This document shows positions 19,705 through 30,370 of a stretch of DNA of 64,000 nt, piece after piece. The notes under the pieces are model-generated. The model was not told the origin of the DNA, made no database searches, and saw only the letters and a list, made by a program, of their open reading frames with translations. The position numbers and the translations under genes were made by a program. The stretch is from an uncultured bacterium (lineage in GTDB: Bacteria; Omnitrophota; Gorgyraeia; Duberdicusellales; CBEUCJ01), in contig CBEUCJ010000001.1 in NCBI GenBank assembly GCA_965541615.1, positions 259,754 through 323,753 of the forward strand, read 5' to 3'. Each line of letters begins with the position of its first letter. Within the stretch, counting starts at the first letter, position 1.

Positions 19705-21967
19705 AAGATATTTGCTTTTAATTTTTTTTTGGTTAAAAGTTTTATCTTCTTTCTGTGAAGAAAAAATAACTTCCATAGAGATAAGAGGTAATAAAAATAT
19801 AAGTACTCAAAGGATACTTTCTGAGATAAAGACCAGGAAAAATCAAAATTACAATCCTCAACTGATAAATGAAGATATTAAAAGGTTAGCTAATACAGGT
19901 TTATTTGAAGATATTAAAGTAAATGTAGAAGATACCCCCAAAGGAAAAAAAGTAATATTTATAGTTAAAGAAAAACCCCTTATAGAAAAAGTTGAGTTTA
20001 AAGGTTTAAGACATATCTCTCTTAGGACGATTAAGGATAAAATCCAGACTAAAAAAGGAAAACTTTTAGAATACCAAGATTTATATGAAGATACACAGAC
20101 TATAAAAAAAATGTTAGAAAAAAGAGGTTTTTCTCAAGCTCAAGTAGAATATGAAATAGAAAAAAATGAAAAAAAGAATACAGTAAAAGTAATTTTTTTA
20201 GTAAAGGAAAAAAGAAAATTGAGAATAAAAAAAATAGAGATAAAAGGTAATAAACATTTTTCTAAAAAAAAGATACTAAGCTTAATGAAGACAAAGCCTG
20301 CTTCTTTTTTTAGACCAGGATTTTTTAGAGAAGATGTATTAAAGGAAGATTTAGAAAGAATAAAGAGTTTTTATAAATCTCAAGGATTCAATCAAGTAAA
20401 AGTAGATTATTCTTTTAAAATTCAAAAAGACAGAGTCTTTATAACGATAAACTTAGATGAGGGGAAAAGATATAAGATTGGAGAGATAAAAATAGAGGGT
20501 AACAAAAATATCTCCACACAAGAGATATTAAAAGTCATAAAAATAAAACCTGGAGATATTTATGTAGAATCTAAAGTCAATGATGAAATAGCTAACATCC
20601 AAAGACTGTACAGTGATAAAGGGTTTATATTTGCTCAAGTAAAAGATTTAAGTGTTTTAAACCCAGAGACTCAAAAAATAGATATATGCTTTAAAATTGT
20701 AGAAAATCAAATTTGTTATGTGAATAGAATTTTAATAAAAGGTAATGTAAAAACTAAAGACAGAGTAATTAGAAGAAATCTAAAGATAAAACCAGGTGAA
20801 AAGGTAGAAGGAGAAAAACTAAGAAAATCTCTTCAAAGACTTAAAAATTTAGGAATATTTGAAGAAGTGAGTTTCAGTCATATACCTACACAAGAACCAA
20901 ATAAGATAGATTTAGTAGTCAATGTTAAAGAAGCAAAGACAGGGTATTTTAGTTTTGGTGGAGGTTATAGTTCTGTAGAAGAGTTTGTAGGTTTTATAGA
21001 ACTATCTCAATCAAATTTTGATTGGAAGAATCCTCCTACTTTTTTAGGAGGCGGTCAAAAGTTTTCTTTAAAAGGAGAATTTGGTACTTCTAAAGAGTTT
21101 ATAGATGTGAGTTTTACAAATCCTCAGATATTCGATAAGCCTATTTTGTTTGGATTCGATGGCTATAAAAGAAGATACTTAAGAGAAGCAGATATTGGTT
21201 ATGGATACGATGAAGATAGAAGAGGAGGTGATATTAGATTTGGATATGAATTTACAGATTTTTTTAGAGCAAAGTTGGGATTGAGATATGAAAAAGTTAA
21301 AATTTCTAATATTCCAGAGACTGCTACTCAAGAATTAAAAAAAGAAGAAGGTAGAAAAACTTCTGCGAAATTAGAATACGCTCTTATTTATGATACACGT
21401 GATAACATATTTTCTCCTTCTAAAGGGTTTTATTCTAAGTTAGATTTAGACCATTCTGCTAAATTCTTAGGTTCTGATGAAGAGTTTGTTAAAATATTTT
21501 CTGATAATGCTTTTTATTTAAGCTTAATAAAAAGATCAGTATTAGAGTTAAGAATGAGAATGGGGATAGCAGTTCCTTATGGAGATTCAGATAGAATCCC
21601 TATTTTTGACAGATTTTTTGCAGGAGGAGCTTACACTATAAGAGGTTATGATGAGAGAAAGGTAGGTCCTATAGATCCTATAACCAAAGACCCTATTGGA
21701 GGAGAGGCTCTTTTAATTTTTAATGTAGAGTATACTTACCCTTTAACAGATTTTTTAAAGTTAGCGGTATTTTTTGATACTGGAAATGTCTGGTCTGAAT
21801 ATGAAGACTTTAAAGTTAAAGACCTTAAATCTGGAGTAGGGATAGGTATTAGAGTTAAGACTCCTTTAGGACCGATAAGGTTAGATTATGGGTATCCTTT
21901 AGATTTAGGACCTGGAGAGGAAAAGAAAAAGGGTAAGTTCCATTTTAGTATTAGTAGAGGTTTTTAA
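19697..21967 (+). CDS. bamA: Outer membrane protein assembly factor BamA
   Basis: POTRA repeats, IRGY motif, C-terminal barrel ending in F. Confidence 0.95.
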   Translation: MSKRYLLLIFFWLKVLSSFCEEKITSIEIRGNKNISTQRILSEIKTRKNQNYNPQLINEDIKRLANTGLFEDIKVNVEDTPKGKKVIFIVKEKPLIEKVEFKGLRHISLRTIKDKIQTKKGKLLEYQDLYEDTQTIKKMLEKRGFSQAQVEYEIEKNEKKNTVKVIFLVKEKRKLRIKKIEIKGNKHFSKKKILSLMKTKPASFFRPGFFREDVLKEDLERIKSFYKSQGFNQVKVDYSFKIQKDRVFITINLDEGKRYKIGEIKIEGNKNISTQEILKVIKIKPGDIYVESKVNDEIANIQRLYSDKGFIFAQVKDLSVLNPETQKIDICFKIVENQICYVNRILIKGNVKTKDRVIRRNLKIKPGEKVEGEKLRKSLQRLKNLGIFEEVSFSHIPTQEPNKIDLVVNVKEAKTGYFSFGGGYSSVEEFVGFIELSQSNFDWKNPPTFLGGGQKFSLKGEFGTSKEFIDVSFTNPQIFDKPILFGFDGYKRRYLREADIGYGYDEDRRGGDIRFGYEFTDFFRAKLGLRYEKVKISNIPETATQELKKEEGRKTSAKLEYALIYDTRDNIFSPSKGFYSKLDLDHSAKFLGSDEEFVKIFSDNAFYLSLIKRSVLELRMRMGIAVPYGDSDRIPIFDRFFAGGAYTIRGYDERKVGPIDPITKDPIGGEALLIFNVEYTYPLTDFLKLAVFFDTGNVWSEYEDFKVKDLKSGVGIGIRVKTPLGPIRLDYGYPLDLGPGEEKKKGKFHFSISRGF

Positions 21968-21994
21968 ACCTAAAATTAGAAAGGAGGTTTGGAG

Positions 21995-22486
21995 ATGAGG
22001 AAATTTTCTATAATTGTGATATCTTTTTTTATGGTTCAAGTTTTAGGTTTTTCTCAAAAGATAGCAGTAGTAGATTTTAGAAAGATTTTTGAATCTTATA
22101 AGAAGACTTCTGATTATGATAAAATATTGCAAGAAGAGCAGAGAAAAATAAAACAAGAGTATAAAAAAAGATTAGAAGAAATAAGAAAGATGAGAGATAG
22201 CTTAGAGGTTTTAAAGAAAGAAGAAAAAGAAAAAAAAGAAAAGGAACTTCAAGAAAAAATAAAATCTTTGAGAAAATTTGAAAGAGATAAAACTTTAAGT
22301 CTCAAAAAAGAGTTTTCTGATAAGATGAAGGAAATAAGAGGAGATATACTGAAAGCTATTTCAAAGTATGCAGAAAAGAAAAATATAGATTTTGTTTTAG
22401 ATAAAATAGCTGTTTTGTATCAAAATTCAGATGCAGATATTACTCAAGATATAATTGAAGAATTAAACAGGAGTTATAAAAAATGA
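21995..22486 (+). CDS. skp: Periplasmic chaperone Skp/OmpH
   Basis: KIAVVD, coiled coil, DITQDII; between bamA and lpxD; ATG 21995 fits RBS GGAGG. Confidence 0.9.
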   Translation: MRKFSIIVISFFMVQVLGFSQKIAVVDFRKIFESYKKTSDYDKILQEEQRKIKQEYKKRLEEIRKMRDSLEVLKKEEKEKKEKELQEKIKSLRKFERDKTLSLKKEFSDKMKEIRGDILKAISKYAEKKNIDFVLDKIAVLYQNSDADITQDIIEELNRSYKK

Positions 22487-23556
22487 AAGAGTTAAATTTA
22501 ACTTTAAAAGAGATAGCAAATATAGTCAAAGGAGAGGTAGTAGGTAACCCTAATATCAAAATAAAAGGAATCTCTGGTATAAAAGAAGCTAAAGAAGGTG
22601 ATATTACTTTTGTAGCTAATCCCAAGTATTTACCATTAATTTATCAAACTAAAGCTTCAGCTATAATAGTTTCAAAAGATATTAAAGAAGCTCCAAAACC
22701 CCTTATAAGATGCGATAATCCATCTTTAGCTTTTGCAAAAGTAGTTAATTTAATAGCACCTCCTATCAAAAGACCAAAAGGGATTTCTGAACTTAGCTTT
22801 ATAGATAAAAGTGCTCAGATTGCAGAAAACGTAAGTATAGGTCCTTTTACTATAATCGAAGCTGGAGTTAAGATCGGTAAAGGCACTATTATTTATGGTA
22901 ACTGTTACATAGGTCATGATACTGAAATCGGTCAAGATTGCTTAATTTATTCTAATGTTTCTATAAGGGAGAGGATAAAAATAGGAAATAGAGTAATAAT
23001 CCATTCTGGAGCTGTGATTGGTTCAGATGGATTTGGATTTGCTACTGTGAGAGGTGTGCAACACAAAATCCCTCAAATTGGGACAGTCGTAATAGAAGAC
23101 GATGTAGAGATTGGAGCGAATGTTACCATAGACAGAGCAAGATTCGATAAGACAGTTATCGGTAAAGGTACAAAGATAGATAACTTGGTTCAGATAGCTC
23201 ATAATGTGATTATTGGAGAAAATTGCATAATTGTAGCTCAATCAGGGATTTCAGGAAGTACTATCTTAGAAGATAATGTGATAGTTGCAGGTCAAGCAGG
23301 TATCGTCGGTCACATAAAGATAGGTAAAAATTCAATAATTATGGCAAAGTCAGGGGTTTCAAAGAGTGTACCACCAGATACCAAAGTATTTGGTTATCCT
23401 GCCAAAGAAGCAAACCACGCTAAACGTGTAAATGCATGTGTGCAAAAACTTCCAGAATTATTTAAAGAGATGAGAGATTTAAAGGCAAAGATTAAAAATC
23501 TGGAGGAAAAAATAAAGGAGTTTGAAAATGCCCAAGCAGAGAACATTAAAAGATAA
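22483..23556 (+). CDS. lpxD: UDP-3-O-acyl-glucosamine N-acyltransferase
   Basis: [27 protein letters not shown]. Confidence 0.96.
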   Translation: MKELNLTLKEIANIVKGEVVGNPNIKIKGISGIKEAKEGDITFVANPKYLPLIYQTKASAIIVSKDIKEAPKPLIRCDNPSLAFAKVVNLIAPPIKRPKGISELSFIDKSAQIAENVSIGPFTIIEAGVKIGKGTIIYGNCYIGHDTEIGQDCLIYSNVSIRERIKIGNRVIIHSGAVIGSDGFGFATVRGVQHKIPQIGTVVIEDDVEIGANVTIDRARFDKTVIGKGTKIDNLVQIAHNVIIGENCIIVAQSGISGSTILEDNVIVAGQAGIVGHIKIGKNSIIMAKSGVSKSVPPDTKVFGYPAKEANHAKRVNACVQKLPELFKEMRDLKAKIKNLEEKIKEFENAQAENIKR

Positions 23557-24838
23557 AGTAAAAATAGAAGGTGTAGGTCTTCACACAGGAGAGAAAGTTA
23601 AAATAGAGTTATTACCTGCCTCTCCTAATACAGGGATTATTTTTTTAAGAGAAGATTTAGAAAATGCTCCTTTAATAAAAGCTTCACCTTACACAATTTT
23701 AGATCCAAAAGAATTTCCTAGAAGGACTTCTTTAGGTTTAGATGGTGTTTATATTCATACTGTAGAACATTTAATGGCAGCTTTTTGTGGTTTAGAGATA
23801 GATAATGTATTAGTAAAAGTATGGGGAAGTGAGATCCCAGGTTTAGATGGTTCTGCTAAAAATTTTGTTGAGGCTATTAAAAAAGTAGGCATCATAGAGC
23901 AATCTGAAGAAAGAGAGTATTATGTTTTAAAAGAACCTGTATATTATTCTGAAGGAGGAGTCAGTTTAATAGCTTTACCTTACAATGGATTTAAAGTTAG
24001 GTATCTTTTAAGTTATAACCATCCATTTTTAAAAGATCAATTTATAGAGTTTAATATAGAATCTAAAAATTTTGAAGAAGAGATTTGTTTAGCTAGAACT
24101 TTCTGTCTAGAAGAGGAAGTAGAGCCTTTAAAGAAGATGGGATTAGGAAAAGGAGCAGATTTTTCTAATACTCTTGTTGTTTCTCAAAAAGGAATAATAA
24201 ATAATTCACAGATTACTGAAAAAGAATTTGCTAAACACAAACTTTTAGATTTATTAGGTGATATTTATCTTTTAGGTCCTATAAAATGTGAGATTATAGC
24301 TATAAAAAGTGGACACACTTCTAATATTGAATTTGTAAAAAGAATAAATAGACAAAAAGAAAAAGATAGAAGAGGAGGAGTTTTAGCCAAAATTTCTATT
24401 GAAAAGCAGACTTCTTTAAATATAGATGAGATTATGCAGATCCTTCCACATAGATATCCTTTCTTATTTGTAGATAGAATTTTAGAATTAATCCCAGGCA
24501 AAAAAGCAGTAGGTGTAAAAAATGTTACTCTTAATGATTATTTCTTTGAAGGTCATTTTCCAAATAAACCTGTGATGCCAGGAGTTTTAATCGTAGAAGC
24601 TATGGCTCAAGTAGGAGGAGTTTTGATGCTTTCTTTGAAAGAGAATAGAGGTAAGTTAGCTTATTTTATGGCTGCCAATGATGTAAAATTTAGAAGAACA
24701 GTCGAACCAGGTGATACTCTGATATTAGAAGCTGAAGCTAAGAAAATAAAATCTCGCACAGGTATAGTAAGTTGCAGAGCTTGGGTTGATAAAAATCTTG
24801 TTGCAGAAGCAGAGTTAATGTTCGCGTTAGGTTCTTAA
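23528..24838 (+). CDS. lpxC: Bifunctional LpxC/FabZ
   Basis: LpxC motifs [23 protein letters not shown]; FabZ motifs [20 protein letters not shown]. Confidence 0.95.
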   Translation: MPKQRTLKDKVKIEGVGLHTGEKVKIELLPASPNTGIIFLREDLENAPLIKASPYTILDPKEFPRRTSLGLDGVYIHTVEHLMAAFCGLEIDNVLVKVWGSEIPGLDGSAKNFVEAIKKVGIIEQSEEREYYVLKEPVYYSEGGVSLIALPYNGFKVRYLLSYNHPFLKDQFIEFNIESKNFEEEICLARTFCLEEEVEPLKKMGLGKGADFSNTLVVSQKGIINNSQITEKEFAKHKLLDLLGDIYLLGPIKCEIIAIKSGHTSNIEFVKRINRQKEKDRRGGVLAKISIEKQTSLNIDEIMQILPHRYPFLFVDRILELIPGKKAVGVKNVTLNDYFFEGHFPNKPVMPGVLIVEAMAQVGGVLMLSLKENRGKLAYFMAANDVKFRRTVEPGDTLILEAEAKKIKSRTGIVSCRAWVDKNLVAEAELMFALGS

Positions 24839-24849
24839 AAAAAATAACA

Positions 24850-25632
24850 ATGTCTTATTCTTTCCATCCAACTAGTTTAATAGAAGAAGGAGCCCAAATA
24901 GAAGAAGGAGTAAAAATTGGTCCTTACACTATAATCGGTAAGAATGTAAAGATAGGCAAAAATACTGAAATAGGTGCATTTTGTGTTATAGAAGGATTTA
25001 CTCAAATAGGAGCTAATAATAAGATCTTTAGTCATGCTGTAATAGGTTCAGATCCTCAAGATTTAAAATATAAAGGAGAAAGGTCTTTTGTTAAAATTGG
25101 AGATGGAAATTTGATAAGAGAATTCGTAACCATAAATCCAGGAACAGAAAAAGATTCTGTTACTCTTATAGGAGATAGAAACTTAATAATGGCTTATTCT
25201 CACATAGCTCACAATTGTAAAATAGGAAATAATTGTATTTTAGCTAATTGTGCTACTTTAGCAGGTTTCGTTGAGATTGAAGACTTTGCAGTAATAGGAG
25301 GAATGGTAGCTATTCATCAATTTTGTAGAGTGGGTAAATATTCTATAATAGGCGGGTGTTCTAAAGTCGTTCAAGATATTCCTCCATATTCTTTATGTGA
25401 TGGACATCCAGCTGAAGTTAAAGGTTTAAACCTTGTAGGTTTAAAAAGAAGAGGTTTTTCAAAAGAAACGATAAATATTTTAAATAAAGCTTTTAAAATT
25501 CTTTTCTTTTCAAACCTTCCCTTTTCTTCAGGATTTGAAAAGATAAAACAGGAAAAATTATTAATACCAGAAGTAGAAGTTCTTTTAGAATTTATAAAGA
25601 GTTCCAAAAGAGGTGTATGCAGACCAAAATAG
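24850..25632 (+). CDS. lpxA: UDP-N-acetylglucosamine acyltransferase
   Basis: PQDLKY, IREFVTI, HIAHNC, IHQFCRVG, GLNLVGL. Confidence 0.96.
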   Translation: MSYSFHPTSLIEEGAQIEEGVKIGPYTIIGKNVKIGKNTEIGAFCVIEGFTQIGANNKIFSHAVIGSDPQDLKYKGERSFVKIGDGNLIREFVTINPGTEKDSVTLIGDRNLIMAYSHIAHNCKIGNNCILANCATLAGFVEIEDFAVIGGMVAIHQFCRVGKYSIIGGCSKVVQDIPPYSLCDGHPAEVKGLNLVGLKRRGFSKETINILNKAFKILFFSNLPFSSGFEKIKQEKLLIPEVEVLLEFIKSSKRGVCRPK

Positions 25633-26438
25633 GATTAGTCGCTGGAAACAAACGCCTTCCTTTAGAGTTTTGTAGAATTTATAAAAAAAAATTTCCTGAA
25701 AATAAAATCTATGCAGTCTGTATAAAAAAAGATACCTCTAAAAAAATTGAAGAGTTGGTCGACAGTTACATCTGGATAGAATCTAAAGATTTTGAAAAGG
25801 GCATAGAATTTTTTAAAAAGAATGCTATAAGAGAGGTAATTTTCTTAGGTCAAATAACCCCTTTAAGATTATTTAAAGAACAAAAAAAATTTTCACCTTT
25901 TTTAAAAGAACTTTTAAATAAATTAAATGACTGGAGGCCAGATTCTATATTGGGAGCATTAGCCAGAACTTTAGAATCTGAAGGCATGAGAGTTTTGGAT
26001 TCCAGAAGTTATTTGGAAGAAATCCTTGCTCCTTCTGGAGTGTTTTCTAAAAGACCCCCTGATTTTAGAGAAAAAGCAGATATTGAATTTGGTAAAGACA
26101 TAGCAAAAATTTTAACTAAGTTAGATATTGGTCAGACTATAGTAGTAAAGAATAAAGTGGTCTTGAGTATAGAAGGATTTGAAGGTACAGATTCTACGAT
26201 TTTAAGAGCAAAGAAATTTACTAGATTCTCTAAAGGAGGAGTAGTAATTAAAGTAGCTGGTTCTCAAGATTTAAGATTCGATGTTCCTGTTGTGGGTCCA
26301 AGGACACTTAAAGTGATGAAAAAGGCAAATTTAAGTTGTTTGGCTTTAGAAAAGGCTAAATGTTTTATCTTAGAGAAAGAAAGATTTATAAAATTAGCTG
26401 ATAGATTTGGAATTTGTTTGGTAGGATTAGAATTATAA
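25617..26438 (+). CDS. lpxI: UDP-2,3-diacylglucosamine diphosphatase LpxI
   Basis: IGLVAG..RLP, DIGQ, EGFEGTD, DLRFDVPVVG. Confidence 0.9.
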   Translation: MQTKIGLVAGNKRLPLEFCRIYKKKFPENKIYAVCIKKDTSKKIEELVDSYIWIESKDFEKGIEFFKKNAIREVIFLGQITPLRLFKEQKKFSPFLKELLNKLNDWRPDSILGALARTLESEGMRVLDSRSYLEEILAPSGVFSKRPPDFREKADIEFGKDIAKILTKLDIGQTIVVKNKVVLSIEGFEGTDSTILRAKKFTRFSKGGVVIKVAGSQDLRFDVPVVGPRTLKVMKKANLSCLALEKAKCFILEKERFIKLADRFGICLVGLEL

Positions 26439-26440
26439 AA

Positions 26441-27097
26441 ATGAGTAAAATCTTGTTAGGTATAGATGAAGCAGGAAGAGGCAGTTTAATAGGCCCCTTA
26501 GTAATTGCAGGTGTAATCTTAAAGAAAGAGAGTTTAGATGTTTTAAAAGAAATAGGTGTTAGAGATTCAAAAAAATTGAGCAGAAAAAAGAGAGAAGAAT
26601 TGTACAAAGAATTAATAAAAGTGTGTGATGGTATAAAAATAAAATGCATTCCTCCTCAAATTATAGACAAGCAAAGTTTAAATGAATTAGAGATAAAATG
26701 TTTTTCTGAGATGATAAACTATTTTAGACCTGAAAAAGTATATATAGATGCTCCTGTTAACAAAAATGGGATAGATAAATTCACTGATTCTTTAAGAAAG
26801 TTTTTGATAGATAAAGACACAGAATTAATAATAAAGAATAAAGCAGATTCATTTTATAGTATAGTCTCTGCAGCTTCTATAATAGCTAAGGTAAAAAGAG
26901 ATTTGGTAATCAAAAGGTTAAGAGAAAGGTATGGAGATTTTGGATGGGGATATCCAGGAGAAAAGAAAGTTAAAGAATTTTTATATAGAGCAATTAAAGA
27001 AAAGAAATCACTTACTATAATAAGAAAAAAGTGGAGTACATTTAAAAAATCTCTTTTCTTTCAGGGTCTGATTAAATATAATAAATCAGAGTTATAA
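26441..27097 (+). CDS. rnhB: Ribonuclease HII (archaeal/eukaryotic-like C-terminus)
   Basis: GIDEAGRG, DSKKL, KAD, AASIIAKVKRD, GDFGWGYP, IRKKWST. Confidence 0.9.
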   Translation: MSKILLGIDEAGRGSLIGPLVIAGVILKKESLDVLKEIGVRDSKKLSRKKREELYKELIKVCDGIKIKCIPPQIIDKQSLNELEIKCFSEMINYFRPEKVYIDAPVNKNGIDKFTDSLRKFLIDKDTELIIKNKADSFYSIVSAASIIAKVKRDLVIKRLRERYGDFGWGYPGEKKVKEFLYRAIKEKKSLTIIRKKWSTFKKSLFFQGLIKYNKSEL

Positions 27098-27100
27098 AAA

Positions 27101-27173
27101 GGGCCGTTAGCTCAACTGGCAGAGCACCGGCCTCTTAAGCCGGGGGTTGCAGGTTCGATTCCTGCACGGCCCA
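27101..27173 (+). tRNA. tRNA-Lys (CTT)
   Basis: GGGCCGT/ACGGCCC acceptor; CCGGC-CTCTTAA-GCCGG anticodon arm. Confidence 0.95.
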
Positions 27174-27186
27174 TTAATCTCTTTTT

Positions 27187-27606
27187 ATGAATTTAAAATA
27201 CAGATTAATAGATCATACTGCAGATTTAGGGATTGAGGCTGAATTTCATTCTTTAAAAGAAGTATTTGAAAAGTGCGGTTTAATATTATTTGATTTAATT
27301 ACAGATTTAGAAAAAATAGAAGCTAAAAAAGAAATTAATTTTGAAATAGAAGAAGAGAATATAGAAGATCTCTTGATTAGATTTTTAAATGAACTTATCT
27401 ATTTATATGAGACTAAACATTTTCTAGCTTCGCAAATAAATGTAGATTTAAAAAAAGAAAATAAACTGAAAGCTACTTTGAAAGGTGAGAATATAAATTT
27501 AAAAAAGCATCGGATAAAAACAGAGATTAAAGCAGCTACTTATCATGATTTTGAATTTAAAAAAGAGGATTCTAAATTTAAAGTAAGAGTAATCTTTGAT
27601 ATATAA
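27187..27606 (+). CDS. Archease (RtcB cofactor)
   Basis: DHTAD, IKAATYH, C-terminal FDI. Confidence 0.93.
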   Translation: MNLKYRLIDHTADLGIEAEFHSLKEVFEKCGLILFDLITDLEKIEAKKEINFEIEEENIEDLLIRFLNELIYLYETKHFLASQINVDLKKENKLKATLKGENINLKKHRIKTEIKAATYHDFEFKKEDSKFKVRVIFDI

Positions 27607-27622
27607 AAAGGAGGTGATATAA

Positions 27623-29083
27623 ATGAATCAAATTTGGCAAGGTCCTTTAGAAAAAATAGATGATTGGAGATGGCAAATTCCAAAAACCTATAAACCTGGA
27701 ATGAGAGTTCCAGGTTTAATCTATGCAGATGAAAAGATGTTAAAACAAATTATAAAAGACAAAGCTCCAGAGCAAGTAGCAAATGTAGCTTTCTTGCCAG
27801 GAATAGTAAAGTATTCTTTGGCTATGCCTGATATCCATTGGGGTTATGGTTTTTCTATAGGAGGAGTGGCAGCTACCAACATAAAAGAGGGAGGAGTAAT
27901 ATCTCCTGCAGGAGTTGGGTATGATATTAACTGTGGTGTGAGACTGATAAGAACAAATTTAGCTTTAGAAGATGTTGAGGATAAAATTGAGAAGTTAATG
28001 GATTTATTATACAGAAATGTTCCTTCAGGGGTGGGTTCAGCAGGAAATATAAGACTATCCAGAACAGAAGAGAGAGAGATGCTGAAAAAAGGTGCTGAAT
28101 GGGCAGTAAAGAAAGGTTTTGGGGTACCTCAAGATTTAGAAGCTACAGAAGAATACGGTGCAATTGAAGGAGCAGATCCTGATGCAGTTTCAAACAGGGC
28201 TTACGAGAGAGGAGCTCCTCAATTGGGGACTCTGGGTTCTGGAAATCATTTTTTAGAAGTTCAGGTTGTAGATCAAATTTATGATCAAGTTTTGGCAGAA
28301 AAATTCGGAATATTTTTGGGTCAGATAACAGTCATGATTCATACAGGTTCGAGAGGTTTTGGTTATCAGGTATGTGATGATTATGTAAGACAGATGGTAA
28401 AGTGCTTGGTTAAATACAATATAAGAGTTCCAGACAGGCAATTGGCCTGTGCTCCTGTAGAGTCTCCTGAAGGAGCAAGATACTTGGGAGCTATGAGGTG
28501 TGCAGCCAATTACGCTTGGGCTAACAGACAGTGTATCATGCATTTGGTGAGAGAAACCTTTGAAGATTTCTTTGGTGAGAGCTGGCAGTCTCTGGGTATG
28601 TATTTGGTATATGACGTAGCTCACAATATAGCCAAAATTGAAAAGCATATAGTTGATGGTAAAGAATTGACTTTGTGTGTTCACAGGAAAGGTGCCACCC
28701 GCGCCTTTGGGCCAGGACACCCAGATTTACCTGCAAAGTATAAAGAAACTGGTCAACCTGTAATTATTCCAGGTGATATGGGAACCTGTTCTTTTTTATT
28801 GGTAGGAACAGATTTAGCTATGAAAGAAACTTTTGGAACCACTTGTCATGGTGCAGGCCGTGTTAAATCTAGGTCTGAAGCTATAAGGACAGTAAATTTT
28901 ACAGATTTAATGAATTCTTTAGAAAAAAAGGGAATAGTAGTGAGAGCTACAGAGAAAAAGACTATAGTAGAAGAAGCTCCTTCTGCTTATAAGGATGTTG
29001 AAGAGGTAGTTAGAGTTGTAGATTCAGCTGGTATTTCTAAGAAAGTAGCTCGTATGAGACCTTTGGGTGTGGTGAAAGGATAA
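27623..29083 (+). CDS. rtcB: RNA-splicing/repair ligase RtcB (archease-associated type)
   Basis: MPDIHWGYGF, DINCGVR, GNHF, HTGSRG, HNIA, HRKGAT, HGAGR, EEAP.AYK. Confidence 0.96.
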   Translation: MNQIWQGPLEKIDDWRWQIPKTYKPGMRVPGLIYADEKMLKQIIKDKAPEQVANVAFLPGIVKYSLAMPDIHWGYGFSIGGVAATNIKEGGVISPAGVGYDINCGVRLIRTNLALEDVEDKIEKLMDLLYRNVPSGVGSAGNIRLSRTEEREMLKKGAEWAVKKGFGVPQDLEATEEYGAIEGADPDAVSNRAYERGAPQLGTLGSGNHFLEVQVVDQIYDQVLAEKFGIFLGQITVMIHTGSRGFGYQVCDDYVRQMVKCLVKYNIRVPDRQLACAPVESPEGARYLGAMRCAANYAWANRQCIMHLVRETFEDFFGESWQSLGMYLVYDVAHNIAKIEKHIVDGKELTLCVHRKGATRAFGPGHPDLPAKYKETGQPVIIPGDMGTCSFLLVGTDLAMKETFGTTCHGAGRVKSRSEAIRTVNFTDLMNSLEKKGIVVRATEKKTIVEEAPSAYKDVEEVVRVVDSAGISKKVARMRPLGVVKG

Positions 29084-29092
29084 GTTTTTGAA

Positions 29093-30370
29093 ATGTTAGA
29101 CTTAAAATTCATTAGAAAAAATCCTGATTTAGTAAAAGAAGCTGTAAAGAATAAAGGTGAAGATGTAGATATCCATAAGATTTTAGAGTTAGATGAAAAA
29201 AGGAGGATTATTATAAAAGATTTAGATGAAGAAAGAAACAGATTGAATGTTATTTCAAAAGAAATCTCAAAATTAATAAAAGAAGGAAGAAAACCAGATA
29301 TTGAAAAAGAAAAGGCAAAAGAAATATCAGAGAAAGTAAAAGATTTAGAAAAAAAACTTAGAGAAATAGAAGAGGAACTAAAAAGCTTATTATTAAAAGT
29401 CCCAAACATTCCTCATTCTACAGTCCCAGTAGGAGATAGTTCAAAAAACAAGATAATAAGAACTTGGGGCAAAAAACCTGAATTTTCCTTTCAACCTTTA
29501 GACCATATAAAAATAGCTCAAAATTTAGATATTATAGACTTTGAAAGAGCAGCTAAAATCTGTGGTTCAAATTTTGTCTTATTTAAAGGTTGGGGAGCAA
29601 GATTAGAAAGAGCTCTTTATAACTTTATGTTAGATTTACATATCAGAAAACACAAATATACAGAAGTCTTTCCTCCATTTTTGGTAAACAGAAAATCTAT
29701 GATAGGTACAGGTCAACTCCCAAAATTAGAGGAAGATATGTACAGGTTAAAAGATGATGATTATTTCTTAATCCCAACAGCTGAAGTTCCAGTCACTAAC
29801 ATTCATAGAGAAGAGATTTTGGATGAATCTCAACTTCCAATTTACTATGTTTCTTATACAGCTTGTTTTAGACGGGAAGCTGGTTCTTATGGAAAAGAGA
29901 CAAAAGGTTTGGTAAGGGTCCATCAGTTTGATAAAGTTGAATTAGTAAAGATTGTAAAACCTCAAGATTCTTATGAAGAGTTAGAAAGATTAGTAAATGA
30001 TGCAGAAGAAGTTTTAAAATTGTTAGGCTTACATTACAGAGTAGTTTTGTTAGCTTCGCAAGAGCTAAGTTTTGCAGCTTCAAAGTGTTATGATTTGGAA
30101 TGTTGGGCTCCAGGTTTACAGAGGTGGTTAGAAGTTTCAAGTTGTTCAAATTTTGAAGATTTTCAAGCCAGAAGAATGGGTATGAGATTGAGAACAAAAG
30201 ATAAAAAATTAACTTATCCACATACATTGAATGGATCAGGTTTAGCTTTAGCAAGGTTAGTGATTTGCATTTTAGAGACTTATCAAAATAAGGATGGTTC
30301 AGTTACTGTTCCTCAAGTCTTAAGACCTTATTTAGACAACATAGAAAGAATTGAACCTAGTAAGTTTTAA
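29093..30370 (+). CDS. serS: Serine--tRNA ligase
   Basis: LIPTAEVP, FRREAGS, RVHQFDKVE, EVSSCSN, TLNGSGLA. Confidence 0.97.
   Translation: MLDLKFIRKNPDLVKEAVKNKGEDVDIHKILELDEKRRIIIKDLDEERNRLNVISKEISKLIKEGRKPDIEKEKAKEISEKVKDLEKKLREIEEELKSLLLKVPNIPHSTVPVGDSSKNKIIRTWGKKPEFSFQPLDHIKIAQNLDIIDFERAAKICGSNFVLFKGWGARLERALYNFMLDLHIRKHKYTEVFPPFLVNRKSMIGTGQLPKLEEDMYRLKDDDYFLIPTAEVPVTNIHREEILDESQLPIYYVSYTACFRREAGSYGKETKGLVRVHQFDKVELVKIVKPQDSYEELERLVNDAEEVLKLLGLHYRVVLLASQELSFAASKCYDLECWAPGLQRWLEVSSCSNFEDFQARRMGMRLRTKDKKLTYPHTLNGSGLALARLVICILETYQNKDGSVTVPQVLRPYLDNIERIEPSKF

Noticed and set aside
23528-24838. LpxC-FabZ fusion as a novelty
   Set aside because: Well-known fusion in several phyla, e.g. Bacteroidota
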